Assembly (NCBI GenBank): GCA_046291585.1 | Contig: JBKBRT010000001.1 | Location: forward strand, 1-61,815 | Origin: Hyphomonas sp. | GTDB taxonomy: Bacteria > Pseudomonadota > Alphaproteobacteria > Caulobacterales > Hyphomonadaceae | Direction of reading: 5' to 3' | Length of the DNA stretch: 61,815 nt | In this document: piece after piece, positions 18,590 through 27,724 of the stretch | Layout of the letters: the number at the start of each line of letters is the position of its first letter | Position numbering within the stretch: position 1 is the first letter of the stretch | The notes under the pieces: generated by a model | The model's database searches: none | The model's input: the letters and a program-made list of their open reading frames with translations, nothing else | Told to the model about the DNA's origin: nothing | Position numbers and translations under genes: made by a program

Positions 18590-21372
18590 GAGGCGGCTCC
18601 TTTCCGCTTCGGTGCCCGTCTCGACGGCGCCGTTGCTGCGGTCATTTTGGTGTAGAGTTCAAACAGCTTCTCCAGCCGTTCGGTGTCGTTCTTGAAGCGC
18701 CGTCCGATGTAGATGCGCTCAAGCACCTCGTCGTTGCGTTCGTGCGCCTCGCGCAAATCGGCCGGCATCCTTTCGGGATCATACAGGTCCGCGATAGTTG
18801 CAGGGAAATGTGCTTCACGTGTCAGCAGGATGTCCTCTGCGCAGCGCGTGAGGTCTGCTTTGTTCTTTTCTGTGAGCGATGGAATGGGGAAAGTGTTCCA
18901 CCCGAGGGTGTTTGAGTAGCGGAAATCGGTTTTGAGTTTCCCGCAGACCGTCGCGATCCAAATGAGGTGCAGGCGCGAGGCTATCAGCGCCATGTTCCAA
19001 AGCGGTGCTTCGTAAAGTGCAAAGGCGAGATTTGAAACGACCGTTCCAATTGGAACGATACCGCACGGAAGGTAGGGGCGTCTCTCCGACGACGCACTTG
19101 GAACAACCAGTGTGAGATGGCAGTCTCGGTGAGGGCGATACGCAAACTGAAATGGTTGTTCGGCCAGCGCCACCGTCTCCCGTCTATCGCTCTTGCTTCG
19201 AAACTGGGCGACTTGGCGAATCTTTGCTGAGACTATGGGGTTGGCATTGGCTGCGGATTCGAGGCCGGGATCGATCCACAGACACCATCTCCCAATGCCG
19301 TTTATAAATTCTCTTGAACCCACATACCGGCGCACGAAGCGGGAGACGGCTTTTCCTTCAGCATCTATGGCCATGCGTTCGTCTTCGGATAAGGTGAAAT
19401 GGCCGCCGTCAATCGGTTGGTTTCCAAACGTCATCGCAGGCAGCTCGGACAGCGGTCGTTGAGCTTTCTCTACTTCAACGTTCTCACCAGACACGAGGTA
19501 GCCATTTATATTCGGTGCCTCTCGGACGGTGACCTCGCCATCAGAGGTTGTCGAATACAACCTCTTCACTCTACGGCAATCGCGCCCGATCCCGACAATC
19601 GCAACCATTACCCCTGCGTTGTGGCTGGCTAAGTTGGCCCATTTGAATGAGGTATAAGCAAATGTAATTTCGTGCCCGGTTTTGAATATTAGTGGCCACA
19701 GAATCGGAACATGTTTGCCTTGGCAGATGGAGTTTGTTGTCACAAACGCCGCAACTGTAGGCGTGTGCATCCCATACTCGACCGCCTTCGCGAACCAGCC
19801 TGCTACGTAGTCAAGAGACTTCCAGCTTGTGGTCTTGTTGCCAAAAATTGCCTTGAGATCGGATTTGTGACTCTCAGACTGGCCTTGGCTTCCAAGGTAG
19901 GGCGGATTCCCGCAGATGTACGTCTCGCCTCCCTCGTTCTCAAAGTCGATCTGAGGTTGGTCCAGTGGCGTGCTAAACAGGTCGTCGCCGCGCATTTTTA
20001 CGCCCGTCCCTGTGGGCGGGCAGATGCTGAGCCAGTCAAGGCGCAGAGCGTTGTCGCAGGTAATCCAGTTCTCTGCGTCGAGTGGCAGGAACTCCGCAAG
20101 CGCTTCCTTCTGCCCGCGATAGAGCACATCGCACTGAAACTCCGCGATGATTAGCGCGAGGCGCGCGATCTCGGCAGGGAAATTGCGCAGCTCGATCCCA
20201 CGAAAATTCGTGAGCGGAATTTCGGTGCGGCGATCTTCTTCATCGCGCCGCTTGTTGATCTCGGCCTCGATCTTACGCATTTCCTTGTAAGCGATGACGA
20301 GAAAGTTGCCCGAACCGCAGGCAGGGTCGAAGACGCGAATGCGGGACATGCGCTTGCGCAGGTTGAGGAGACTACGGGCGTTGTCACCCGCTTCGTCCAA
20401 TTTTTCACGCAGGTCATCGAGGAAGAGTGGATTGAGCACCTTCAAGATGTTCGGCACGCTGGTGTAGTGCATGCCGAGCGCACCGCGCTCCTCGTCGTCG
20501 GCCACAGCCTGAATCATCGAACCGAAGATGTCAGGGTTGATCTGCGTCCAGTCGAGTTTGCCGATATGGATGAGATAGGTACGCGCGCTCCTACTGAAAC
20601 GCGGCACATCCGCGCTGCCGGAGAACAAGCCGCCGTTCACATAGGGAAAGCCGTCTGCCCAGCGGGGCAGTTTCGCGGCTTCGCGTTCGGCGATCTTGGT
20701 ATTCATCGCACGAAAAATCTCGCTGATGATTTCGTGCGTGTTTGAGGAATCGCGCGCGCTCATCTGCTCGACGGTCTGTGTGAAGAGACCTGTGCCGTTG
20801 AAGATGTCCGTGTCTTCGGCAAAGAAGCAGAAAATCAGGCGCGCCATGAAATGATTCATTTCGTGACGGCGGTCTGCCGTGCCCCAGTCGGGGTTGTCTT
20901 TGAGCAGTTCGATGTAGAGCTTGTTGAGGCGCGCGGTCGCGCGGATGTCGAATGAGTTCTCCCTGATCTGCTTGACGGTTGAGATGCCAGCCAACGGCAG
21001 GAAGAAACCGAAGTGATCGGGAAACTCCGCATAAGCGCAGGCGACGGTTTCACCGCTTTCGAGGTCTTCGGCCTCGAACGTATCTCCATCCGTAGCCAGG
21101 ACGAATTTGGCTTTGGCTCTAGCCGTGGTCGGGCTGGCTTTTAGCTCGGAGAGCGTTTTCGTGACTTCGCCAGGAGCGCAGGCCTTGATGTGAATGTTGT
21201 TGGTCTGGAGGACGCCGCCGACATCGGACTTGTTCGTTTCGCCTTTGCGAAGGCGCTTGATCGTCGTTTCCTTGTTGCCGAATGCTTCGAGGAAGGCGAA
21301 CGGGAACTCGGCAGCATCAAATGGCTGCTCTGCAAGCGCGCTGACGGCTTCTTCGATTTCAACTGCATTCAT
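18586..21372 (-). CDS. MmeI/YeeA-like amino-DNA methyltransferase with target-recognition domain
   Basis: 928 aa; HYTS, motif I FDPACGSGNF, motif IV GNPPY, C-terminal CGKLKTDFRYSNTL.WNTFP. Confidence 0.92.
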   Translation of the reverse strand: MNAVEIEEAVSALAEQPFDAAEFPFAFLEAFGNKETTIKRLRKGETNKSDVGGVLQTNNIHIKACAPGEVTKTLSELKASPTTARAKAKFVLATDGDTFEAEDLESGETVACAYAEFPDHFGFFLPLAGISTVKQIRENSFDIRATARLNKLYIELLKDNPDWGTADRRHEMNHFMARLIFCFFAEDTDIFNGTGLFTQTVEQMSARDSSNTHEIISEIFRAMNTKIAEREAAKLPRWADGFPYVNGGLFSGSADVPRFSRSARTYLIHIGKLDWTQINPDIFGSMIQAVADDEERGALGMHYTSVPNILKVLNPLFLDDLREKLDEAGDNARSLLNLRKRMSRIRVFDPACGSGNFLVIAYKEMRKIEAEINKRRDEEDRRTEIPLTNFRGIELRNFPAEIARLALIIAEFQCDVLYRGQKEALAEFLPLDAENWITCDNALRLDWLSICPPTGTGVKMRGDDLFSTPLDQPQIDFENEGGETYICGNPPYLGSQGQSESHKSDLKAIFGNKTTSWKSLDYVAGWFAKAVEYGMHTPTVAAFVTTNSICQGKHVPILWPLIFKTGHEITFAYTSFKWANLASHNAGVMVAIVGIGRDCRRVKRLYSTTSDGEVTVREAPNINGYLVSGENVEVEKAQRPLSELPAMTFGNQPIDGGHFTLSEDERMAIDAEGKAVSRFVRRYVGSREFINGIGRWCLWIDPGLESAANANPIVSAKIRQVAQFRSKSDRRETVALAEQPFQFAYRPHRDCHLTLVVPSASSERRPYLPCGIVPIGTVVSNLAFALYEAPLWNMALIASRLHLIWIATVCGKLKTDFRYSNTLGWNTFPIPSLTEKNKADLTRCAEDILLTREAHFPATIADLYDPERMPADLREAHERNDEVLERIYIGRRFKNDTERLEKLFELYTKMTAATAPSRRAPKRKGAAS

Positions 21373-21800
21373 CCGATAGGTCCAGTAGTCCGATGGTTTG
21401 TGTTCGCATGCCTATTGCAGGCGTCGTTATAGCCCTAGTTCGCAGCGCGTAACCTCTCAATGCGCGCAGAAACGCGCGCATCTGGAATCCAGATTAGCTT
21501 CACCACGTCCCCAGCCACCTGCTGCGGGTTTGGACGTAATAAAGCCTACGTTTCAGAGGAAACGATTCGAACTGTTGCTACTTTAGCGCGGCGGACGATT
21601 TGATCCAACGTCCTTAGGAGGCTTCGGGTTGGCAGGTTTCCGTAACTGTTCGTCGGGGGGAGCAGGTTTGGCCTGCCCGCCAAATATCCGCCGTAGCAAC
21701 AAGGCAGTCGCGCGAACGAAGGCCTGCCGCAGTGAGCGTATAGTGCTCGCAACCTTGTTGAAGGCGAGGCTCGGCTTCAGTTGCGTTAAGCGCGAGCCGC

Positions 21801-23228
21801 TCAGCGTGCGCGCGTGGGCGGGTCCGTTCCCGCCGAGAAACTGTCTTGCTCGGCCTGCTCGCGCTGGCGCTGCTCTTCTGCCAGACGCTGTGCAAATCGC
21901 TGCGCTTCCTCGTAGTCGCGGACGCGGCGGCTGAGCGTGGCTGTGAAATGCGCCTCACGGTCCTCGATCTGTCGGCTGTGCCGATCAGCAATCTGCTGAA
22001 GCTCTGTGGCTTTGAATTGTTCGATCCTGTCGATTTCTTCGGCGTGCTCATTTTCAAGTGCGGCGACGACGAGGTCGCGCGCTTCGGCGCGCTCGGCTTT
22101 GCGGCTCTCGCCCCAAGCGGGGACGACAAAGTCGATCACGCGGTCGATGATCTTTTGAACGCCCGAACGTTCGGCTTGCTGATCGTACTTTTCGAGGGCG
22201 GCGGCGCGCATGGCGTCTGACTGCGCCATCTGGTCTGCAAACTTCACATCCAAAGCGTGCGCGACTTGCGCGCGTTCAGTATGCTGTAGCTCAGCAAGTT
22301 TGCGCATGTCGTCGGCATGCCATTCCTTCAAAGTCTCTTCGAGCTTTTGAGGATCGGCCGCTTCCATTGGGGGCGGCTCGGTGATGGCAGGTTCCTGCGG
22401 CTCCGCTGTGGGTCTCGGCGGGCGCTCGGCCTGGATCGACTTTGCCTCTGCGACGCTTGGCAAAGCGTCGGCTTGCACATCGGCCATGAAGTCGCGCAGA
22501 TCCTTGGCGGTCACGCCTTTGATCTGCCGTGCGAGGCTATAGACCTCTCCAGCCTGATCAACGATCACAAAATCGCGGCGGTCGCCTTTGGCAATGACAA
22601 GTCCATCGTCGTCCAGCTTGGCGACGAATGCGCTGCCGCTATCCGAGGCATGATAGTGAGAGGTGACGCGATCCTTGAATGCCTTGGGGTCGATGCCCGA
22701 GCGTTCGGCCTGCTGCCATTCAGCATGGTTGAACTCGGCGGCTGGCATGGGCTGATCAGCAACACGTTTTTCGTGTTTGCCAGGCACGAGATCGTGCCCG
22801 AACTCCTTTTCAAGCGCGGCGCTGGCCCGTTCGTGGGCCTGATAGTTGTTGCTGTCGGAAACCAGCGTCATCGTGTCGATGTCGGTGCGCTGCCAGACCA
22901 CATGAATATGCTGGCGGCCATTCTTTTCGTGCAGAACAACGGCGCGTGGCTGGCCGTCGAGGCCAAGCTCGCGTTCGAGTACTTCCACGGCCCGCACCCA
23001 TTGGCTGGCAGTCATGCTGTACTGCTCGGCGGGATCGATATTGGCGTGGTAGAGCCCGCGCTTGCCTTTGGTGCCCTCGGCGATGAGCTGCCACTCCTTG
23101 AAAGCATCCCCGAGCGTCTGGGCGGAGGATTGCAGTTCGAGGATTTCGACGCGCTCGTTCGTATCGGCGCGGAGAAGGTGGGTTGCGAGTTGCTTGGGGC
23201 CGCTGCGGCTCTTGCCCTTGATAATCAC
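21801..23228 (-). CDS. Relaxase (MOBP-like HUH) with C-terminal coiled coil
   Basis: MIIKG start, LYHANIDP, VVLHEKNGRQHIHVVW (3H motif); GTGA overlap with mobC. Confidence 0.9.
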   Translation of the reverse strand: MIIKGKSRSGPKQLATHLLRADTNERVEILELQSSAQTLGDAFKEWQLIAEGTKGKRGLYHANIDPAEQYSMTASQWVRAVEVLERELGLDGQPRAVVLHEKNGRQHIHVVWQRTDIDTMTLVSDSNNYQAHERASAALEKEFGHDLVPGKHEKRVADQPMPAAEFNHAEWQQAERSGIDPKAFKDRVTSHYHASDSGSAFVAKLDDDGLVIAKGDRRDFVIVDQAGEVYSLARQIKGVTAKDLRDFMADVQADALPSVAEAKSIQAERPPRPTAEPQEPAITEPPPMEAADPQKLEETLKEWHADDMRKLAELQHTERAQVAHALDVKFADQMAQSDAMRAAALEKYDQQAERSGVQKIIDRVIDFVVPAWGESRKAERAEARDLVVAALENEHAEEIDRIEQFKATELQQIADRHSRQIEDREAHFTATLSRRVRDYEEAQRFAQRLAEEQRQREQAEQDSFSAGTDPPTRAR

Positions 23229-23584
23229 TTCGTGGGCACCCCCAGAACGGCCAGAATGGCCTTGCGAAGATCATCATGGGCGGCGAGCGCCGCTTGCAGC
23301 CGCGCCTCATCATACTCGTTTCGAGCATTGAGGCGGTGGGCGATCTGGTTGAGGTTGTTCCCGACACGGCCAACCTCGCCAACGAGGCGGCGCAGCATTT
23401 TGGCGTCGATGGGAACGCGGCGCTGGGCGCGCGGACCTGGATCGCCAAGCGCCGCAGCGCGCATGAACGCTCCTACGCTCATACCTCGGAGCGCGGAGAG
23501 TTCATCAATGGCGGCGCGCTCGTCGGGTGTGACACGTACCGTGATCGTGTCACCCCTGCGCCGCTTTTCGCTGCCACTCGTCAT
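23225..23584 (-). CDS. mobC: MobC relaxosome accessory (ribbon-helix-helix) protein
   Basis: ITVRVTPDE..I, GMSVGAFMR, GRVGNNLNQIAH; RBS GGGAGG before ATG 23584. Confidence 0.9.
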   Translation of the reverse strand: MTSGSEKRRRGDTITVRVTPDERAAIDELSALRGMSVGAFMRAAALGDPGPRAQRRVPIDAKMLRRLVGEVGRVGNNLNQIAHRLNARNEYDEARLQAALAAHDDLRKAILAVLGVPTK

Positions 23585-23640
23585 GCGCACCTCCCATTCG
23601 TATGGCGCGGCAGTCTGCGGAGGCTTTGCCTCGGCTCGGT

Positions 23641-23925
23641 CCAGCACGGTGCTGGCCCTGGTTCCAAGGGCGGGCAGCCTCCTTGGTCAGGCTCCAAGGG
23701 CTCGAAGGCCCATGGTCGTCGCTGGGGACGAAACCCCAGTCTGGCATCCAAAGGGCACGAAGGCTCTTTGGTCGTGGTTCCAAGGGGCGCGACAGCCCCT
23801 TGTGTCGTTGCTGGGGGCGAAACCCCAGTCAGGTTTCCAAAGGGCGCGAAGGCTCTTTGGTCGGGTGCACGGGGCGAAGCTCCTGCGCTCGGGGATGCAA
23901 CGGGGTATGCAATGACCCCTTGCCA
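23641..23925 (+). repeat. Tandem array of ~10 hairpins with an 89-bp higher-order repeat
   Basis: Hairpins at 23664, 23694, 23722, 23748, 23781, 23811, 23837, each with GTC at or just after its 3' base; 23716-23774 nearly identical to 23805-23863. Confidence 0.85.
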
Positions 23926-23960
23926 AGCCAGCCAATCGTAAACGATTGGCGGCGCGCGGT
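23896..23960. other. Candidate oriT
   Basis: Perfect inverted repeat GCCAATCGT-AA-ACGATTGGC (23931-23950) in the non-coding gap upstream of mobC-relaxase; nic site not identified. Confidence 0.5.
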
Positions 23961-24059
23961 GTGACCGCGCATGGCTTGCAGACTCCCGAATTACCTCAGT
24001 ATAGCAGAAAATCATTAACGATTGCCCGTCCCGCACTGCCGCAAAGAGCGCTGCGTTGA

Positions 24060-26669
24060 TCAAAAGCTGTGTTGCAGTTCGATCACGTCCTGCCGTGCTA
24101 AACCTGCCCGTTGGATATGGGCGTAGGCATGCCACCGGCCCATGGCGATAAAGTCAGCTGGAGTCATTGCGGGGGCTGTCGTATTGCCTTCGGTGCGGTA
24201 CTTGCGATCCTGATCTTCCTGCCGCCATGCCGCTTGCTGCATTGCACTAAGCGCTGCGAGCTGCGTTGGTTGGTCTGTGGCTGTGGGAACAAAGCGATTG
24301 TCCGTGGCATAGGTGGGCTTGGCAGATGCCTGGCCAATGCCGGCGCGCGAGAGAAAGCCCTTGGCAGCTTTAAAGAAGAACTGCGTGCCGGATCCCTCAT
24401 CTGGCGACGCAGCATCATCGAGATGATCGAAGGGCGACCAGCCGCTGATGAGCTTGCGCTGATCGAGGCTTTCCCACTGTCCGTCTCCAAAGACGCGGTT
24501 TCGCTCAAACTGGCCTGCCACCCAGCAGGCATAGGAAACGGTCGCCTGATCCTCGCTTCTGAGGAATATCTTGCTGCGGGATTGCTGCATGAAGTTTTCG
24601 GCGGCGTCCTTGCCTATGGCCTGCGTCAGCGCGGCCACGGTCTGGGTGGCAAAGACACCCGCAAGACCCGTCGAACGGGCGACGTTCCAGAAGGTCGCGT
24701 CCGACAAGCCCGTGGTCGGATCGACCGTGGCGAGTTCCTGCACCTCGTCCATGACGACAAGGCAGGGTTTGTCCTGGGGATTGGCACCTGACTGTTTGAG
24801 CGCGGCTTCGCGCAGCCGCGCTTCTCGATAGAGAACGGTTTTGAGCAGAATGGCGATCAGGCGCGCGGGCAAGCCGTCGTCTACGGTGTTGAGGGTGACA
24901 AGCGCGATCTTGCCATTCAGCGGCGCATCAAGACTGGCCGTGCCTGTGTCCAGCCCGCAGAGGAAGCGTTCACGCAAGATCGGCGCACCCGCGAAGCCAT
25001 CCATGAGCTGCGAGATATTGGCGATAATGCCTGTCTTAGTGTCCTTTGCCATCTCGGCCCAGGATTGGGTCAGATAGGTATGGCTCGCGACAACGTCTGG
25101 CCCTGCCAGCCGCGCGGTGCGCTCTTCGAGCTGCGTATAGGTGTCACGCTCACCAGCGGCGCGCGCCGTTTCCATGCGTAGGATATGGCCTGTGGTGGCT
25201 TTGCCGATGGCGTCGAGCGCAGGCTGAAGACGCTTTTCATCGATCACGGCCTGATAGGCCCACCAGAGGCTGTAGGGATTGAGGTGGCGCGCTTCTGCCT
25301 GGCCTTCGGGCGTTTCCGCGTAGGCGCGCCCGATGGTCAGCATGTGCCGCATGACGTTTGCGGCCATGTCGGGCCAGAAGCTGTCACCGCGCCCGCCGCC
25401 CATTTGGGTGAGCACAGAACGCAGCGTGGCAGCGATCTGGTTGGGCGATAGTTTGGCGGTGATGTTCACGCCAAGCTCGCTTGCGCCTGTGCCGATGCGA
25501 ACAATGTCGGCCTTACGCCCGACCTGCTCGGCAATGCGCTCGGCGTCGCGCCACAGGACGCCCTTGGCGTCGGTGACGTACGCGCCGAACTTGGGCTCGG
25601 CGAGAACCTGCGTCATGAGCGGCTTCAGTATGGCGGTGGTTTTTCCATCGCCCGTGCCGCCAAAGACAAGCAGATGCTGGAACAGCGACTCCCGATCCAG
25701 CGCGAGCGGCTGATCCTTGACGGGAGCGGCAAGATCGCCGCGCAGGCGCAGCGTGCCTGTTCCCGATCCCACTTTGAAAAGTGGTGATCCGCTGAGGTAG
25801 CCATTGGCATGGCTGACCTGCCGCACATAGCCCGTGTGGGCCAGTGCGCGCGCTTCGGCGCGGTAGCTCCAGCGCACATGCGCGTCTTTGGAAATGGCCT
25901 CATAGGGCGCAGCGGCTATGCTGCGCCAATGCTCGACAGCGGCCACCGCGACGAGCAGGCCAATGCCAAGCGCGATCAAAACCCATGCGGTGATCAGCGC
26001 CGCTGCAAGCAGCAGCGCGAAAACAAATCCGCCAGCGGCATCGGCGGCCATGGCCTGCCAGACCGCCCAGCTTCCGAGGTAGATCGGCTCGTCGCCTGGG
26101 AATTGCTCCAGCAGGACTTGTTCAGCGTGGGTTTCGCTGCGCGTAAAATACCAGATCAGCCCAAAGATAATCGGCTGCGCGGCAAGTGCGATCAGCGCGG
26201 CCATTAGGCCAAGGCGGCCCGCTGCTGTGGACAGTCCTGCATTAAAATGGCGGTCGGCCATCCACGGCAGATCAATGCCGCCAACAAGTTTGCCGTCTTC
26301 CCAAAGAGGGCGACGGATATCGTCAGGCACTTCGGAATAGAGAAAGGGAAAGCGGCTTTCTGGCCACATCTCTCGCGCGACAGCGTCGCGATTACCAGAG
26401 GCGAGCCCTTCCTTGCGCGCGCCTGTTGTTTCAACGGCGCGGGCGAACAGGTCACCTGCACGCTGAAGGGGAGGCACACGGGCGATCAGCCACTGGATCG
26501 GACGATCTGCGATCCATGCCACTGTGCCGAGTACAAACAAAAGCATCGCTGGTAAGACATTGAGCAGCGACATGGCAATGCTGCGCACAGGCGGCAACAA
26601 CACAAGCGCAGCGGCCACCACGATGGCGGCGAGCGCCATCAGCAAACCGATATCAAATCCTTCGGTCAT
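24060..26669 (-). CDS. Type IV coupling protein (VirD4/TraD-like)
   Basis: 869 aa; N-terminal TM helices; HLLVFGGTGDGKT, SFW, VVMDEVQE, ARS.G...FATQ. Confidence 0.85.
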   Translation of the reverse strand: MTEGFDIGLLMALAAIVVAAALVLLPPVRSIAMSLLNVLPAMLLFVLGTVAWIADRPIQWLIARVPPLQRAGDLFARAVETTGARKEGLASGNRDAVAREMWPESRFPFLYSEVPDDIRRPLWEDGKLVGGIDLPWMADRHFNAGLSTAAGRLGLMAALIALAAQPIIFGLIWYFTRSETHAEQVLLEQFPGDEPIYLGSWAVWQAMAADAAGGFVFALLLAAALITAWVLIALGIGLLVAVAAVEHWRSIAAAPYEAISKDAHVRWSYRAEARALAHTGYVRQVSHANGYLSGSPLFKVGSGTGTLRLRGDLAAPVKDQPLALDRESLFQHLLVFGGTGDGKTTAILKPLMTQVLAEPKFGAYVTDAKGVLWRDAERIAEQVGRKADIVRIGTGASELGVNITAKLSPNQIAATLRSVLTQMGGGRGDSFWPDMAANVMRHMLTIGRAYAETPEGQAEARHLNPYSLWWAYQAVIDEKRLQPALDAIGKATTGHILRMETARAAGERDTYTQLEERTARLAGPDVVASHTYLTQSWAEMAKDTKTGIIANISQLMDGFAGAPILRERFLCGLDTGTASLDAPLNGKIALVTLNTVDDGLPARLIAILLKTVLYREARLREAALKQSGANPQDKPCLVVMDEVQELATVDPTTGLSDATFWNVARSTGLAGVFATQTVAALTQAIGKDAAENFMQQSRSKIFLRSEDQATVSYACWVAGQFERNRVFGDGQWESLDQRKLISGWSPFDHLDDAASPDEGSGTQFFFKAAKGFLSRAGIGQASAKPTYATDNRFVPTATDQPTQLAALSAMQQAAWRQEDQDRKYRTEGNTTAPAMTPADFIAMGRWHAYAHIQRAGLARQDVIELQHSF

Positions 26670-27325
26670 GATCTGTGGCTCCCTGTGATCACGCTGGATG
26701 GCAGAAAGTCTCTCAGCGTCCCGAGCACTTCATGCGGGCGCACGGATGTCTGGTCGCAGCGCAGGGCTGCGGCGAAGTCCAGGCAGTAATAGTCCCAGGT
26801 GCCAGCGGCAGACTTGCGAAAGAGCCCGTAGGTGCGCGCAAGCTGGGGTGGCCGATCAGTATCGGCTGATGGCGTATCGAGACGCACATATGAGGCAACA
26901 AGAACGGTACTGTTCTTGCGCAGCGCGTTGAGCGTGCCAGCCTTCCATCTACCTGCCCAATAGTCTTCTATTTTGATGCGCGCGGCTTCTGCGGGCAAAC
27001 GCCCCGCCGCGTTCAGTCTTTCGAGTGCATCCGTGATCTGGCCTTGCACGTCCGTGCGGCTCACGGCTGCTGCGGGATTTTCAGGCGCGATCTCTATCGT
27101 CGCGATCAGCGGATCGAGCTGCGCGACTGCTGCGCTCAGTGTTCGGACATACTCGCGTTTAGCATTCGCCACGCGATCCGAGCGCTCGGCCTGCGGCGCA
27201 TAGATGAGCGCCAATGCCCCCAATGTGATGGTTGCCGCTGCTGCGACAAGCAGAAAGGGCGTTGCGTTGCGCCAGCGGGCGGCGCGCACGTGCCCGTCTG
27301 TCACAAGCTCTTGCCATTGTGACAT
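26666..27325 (-). CDS. Hypothetical membrane-anchored protein coupled to the T4CP gene
   Basis: 219 aa; one N-terminal TM helix; RBS AGGAG; ATGA overlap with T4CP. Confidence 0.72.
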   Translation of the reverse strand: MSQWQELVTDGHVRAARWRNATPFLLVAAAATITLGALALIYAPQAERSDRVANAKREYVRTLSAAVAQLDPLIATIEIAPENPAAAVSRTDVQGQITDALERLNAAGRLPAEAARIKIEDYWAGRWKAGTLNALRKNSTVLVASYVRLDTPSADTDRPPQLARTYGLFRKSAAGTWDYYCLDFAAALRCDQTSVRPHEVLGTLRDFLPSSVITGSHRS

Positions 27326-27667
27326 CGCGTTTCTCCTGTGAGCGCCTTCGTCAGGCTACTGAGAAGGCAGCGCACATACGATGATGCAGCATCACCATCA
27401 ATAAAACGGGATTCTATCAATGCGGGAATCTTTTCACGTGATGCGCCTGACTGGTGCTTACGTGATTTCGGATGTTGCGAGAGTTAGGATTCGACCTTCT
27501 ATCCAAACTGGACTGTGAACTCAGTGCACGGTGTTTCCTATTTGAAGCCACGCGAGCCGCGTCCTTCTCATTGGCATCCTTGCATCGGTTCGCCTTTATG
27601 CCCGCAAGCCCAAGCATGGGCTTCTCCACTTTGTTTCGCACGGGTGCGGGCGGGCGATACGCGCTGC

Positions 27668-27718
27668 TCCTTGTCTGCCATGAAGGCCGCGATGGTCGCG
27701 GTCTCCAAAACAAGGAGA
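27668..27718 (+). promoter_or_regulatory. Structured leader motif, copy B
   Basis: TCCTTGTCTGCCATGAAGGCCGCGATGGTCGCGGTCTCCAAAACAAGGAGA; CTCCTTGT is complementary to ACAAGGAG. Confidence 0.6.
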
Positions 27719-27724
27719 AACACC

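Noticed and set aside
10900-21372. Calling the operon DISARM, BREX, Wadjet, Lamassu or PARIS
   Set aside because: Signature partners (DrmA/B, PglZ/BrxC, JetABD, LmuA, TOPRIM AriB) are not recognisable
23641-23925. CRISPR array
   Set aside because: No constant repeat with unique ~30-bp spacers; linkers are 6-9 nt; no cas genes
22317-24135. ORFs 22317-23915 (+), 23276-23941 (+), 23581-24135 (-)
   Set aside because: Antisense to relaxase/mobC or reading through the hairpin array; their repeated peptides just reflect the DNA repeat
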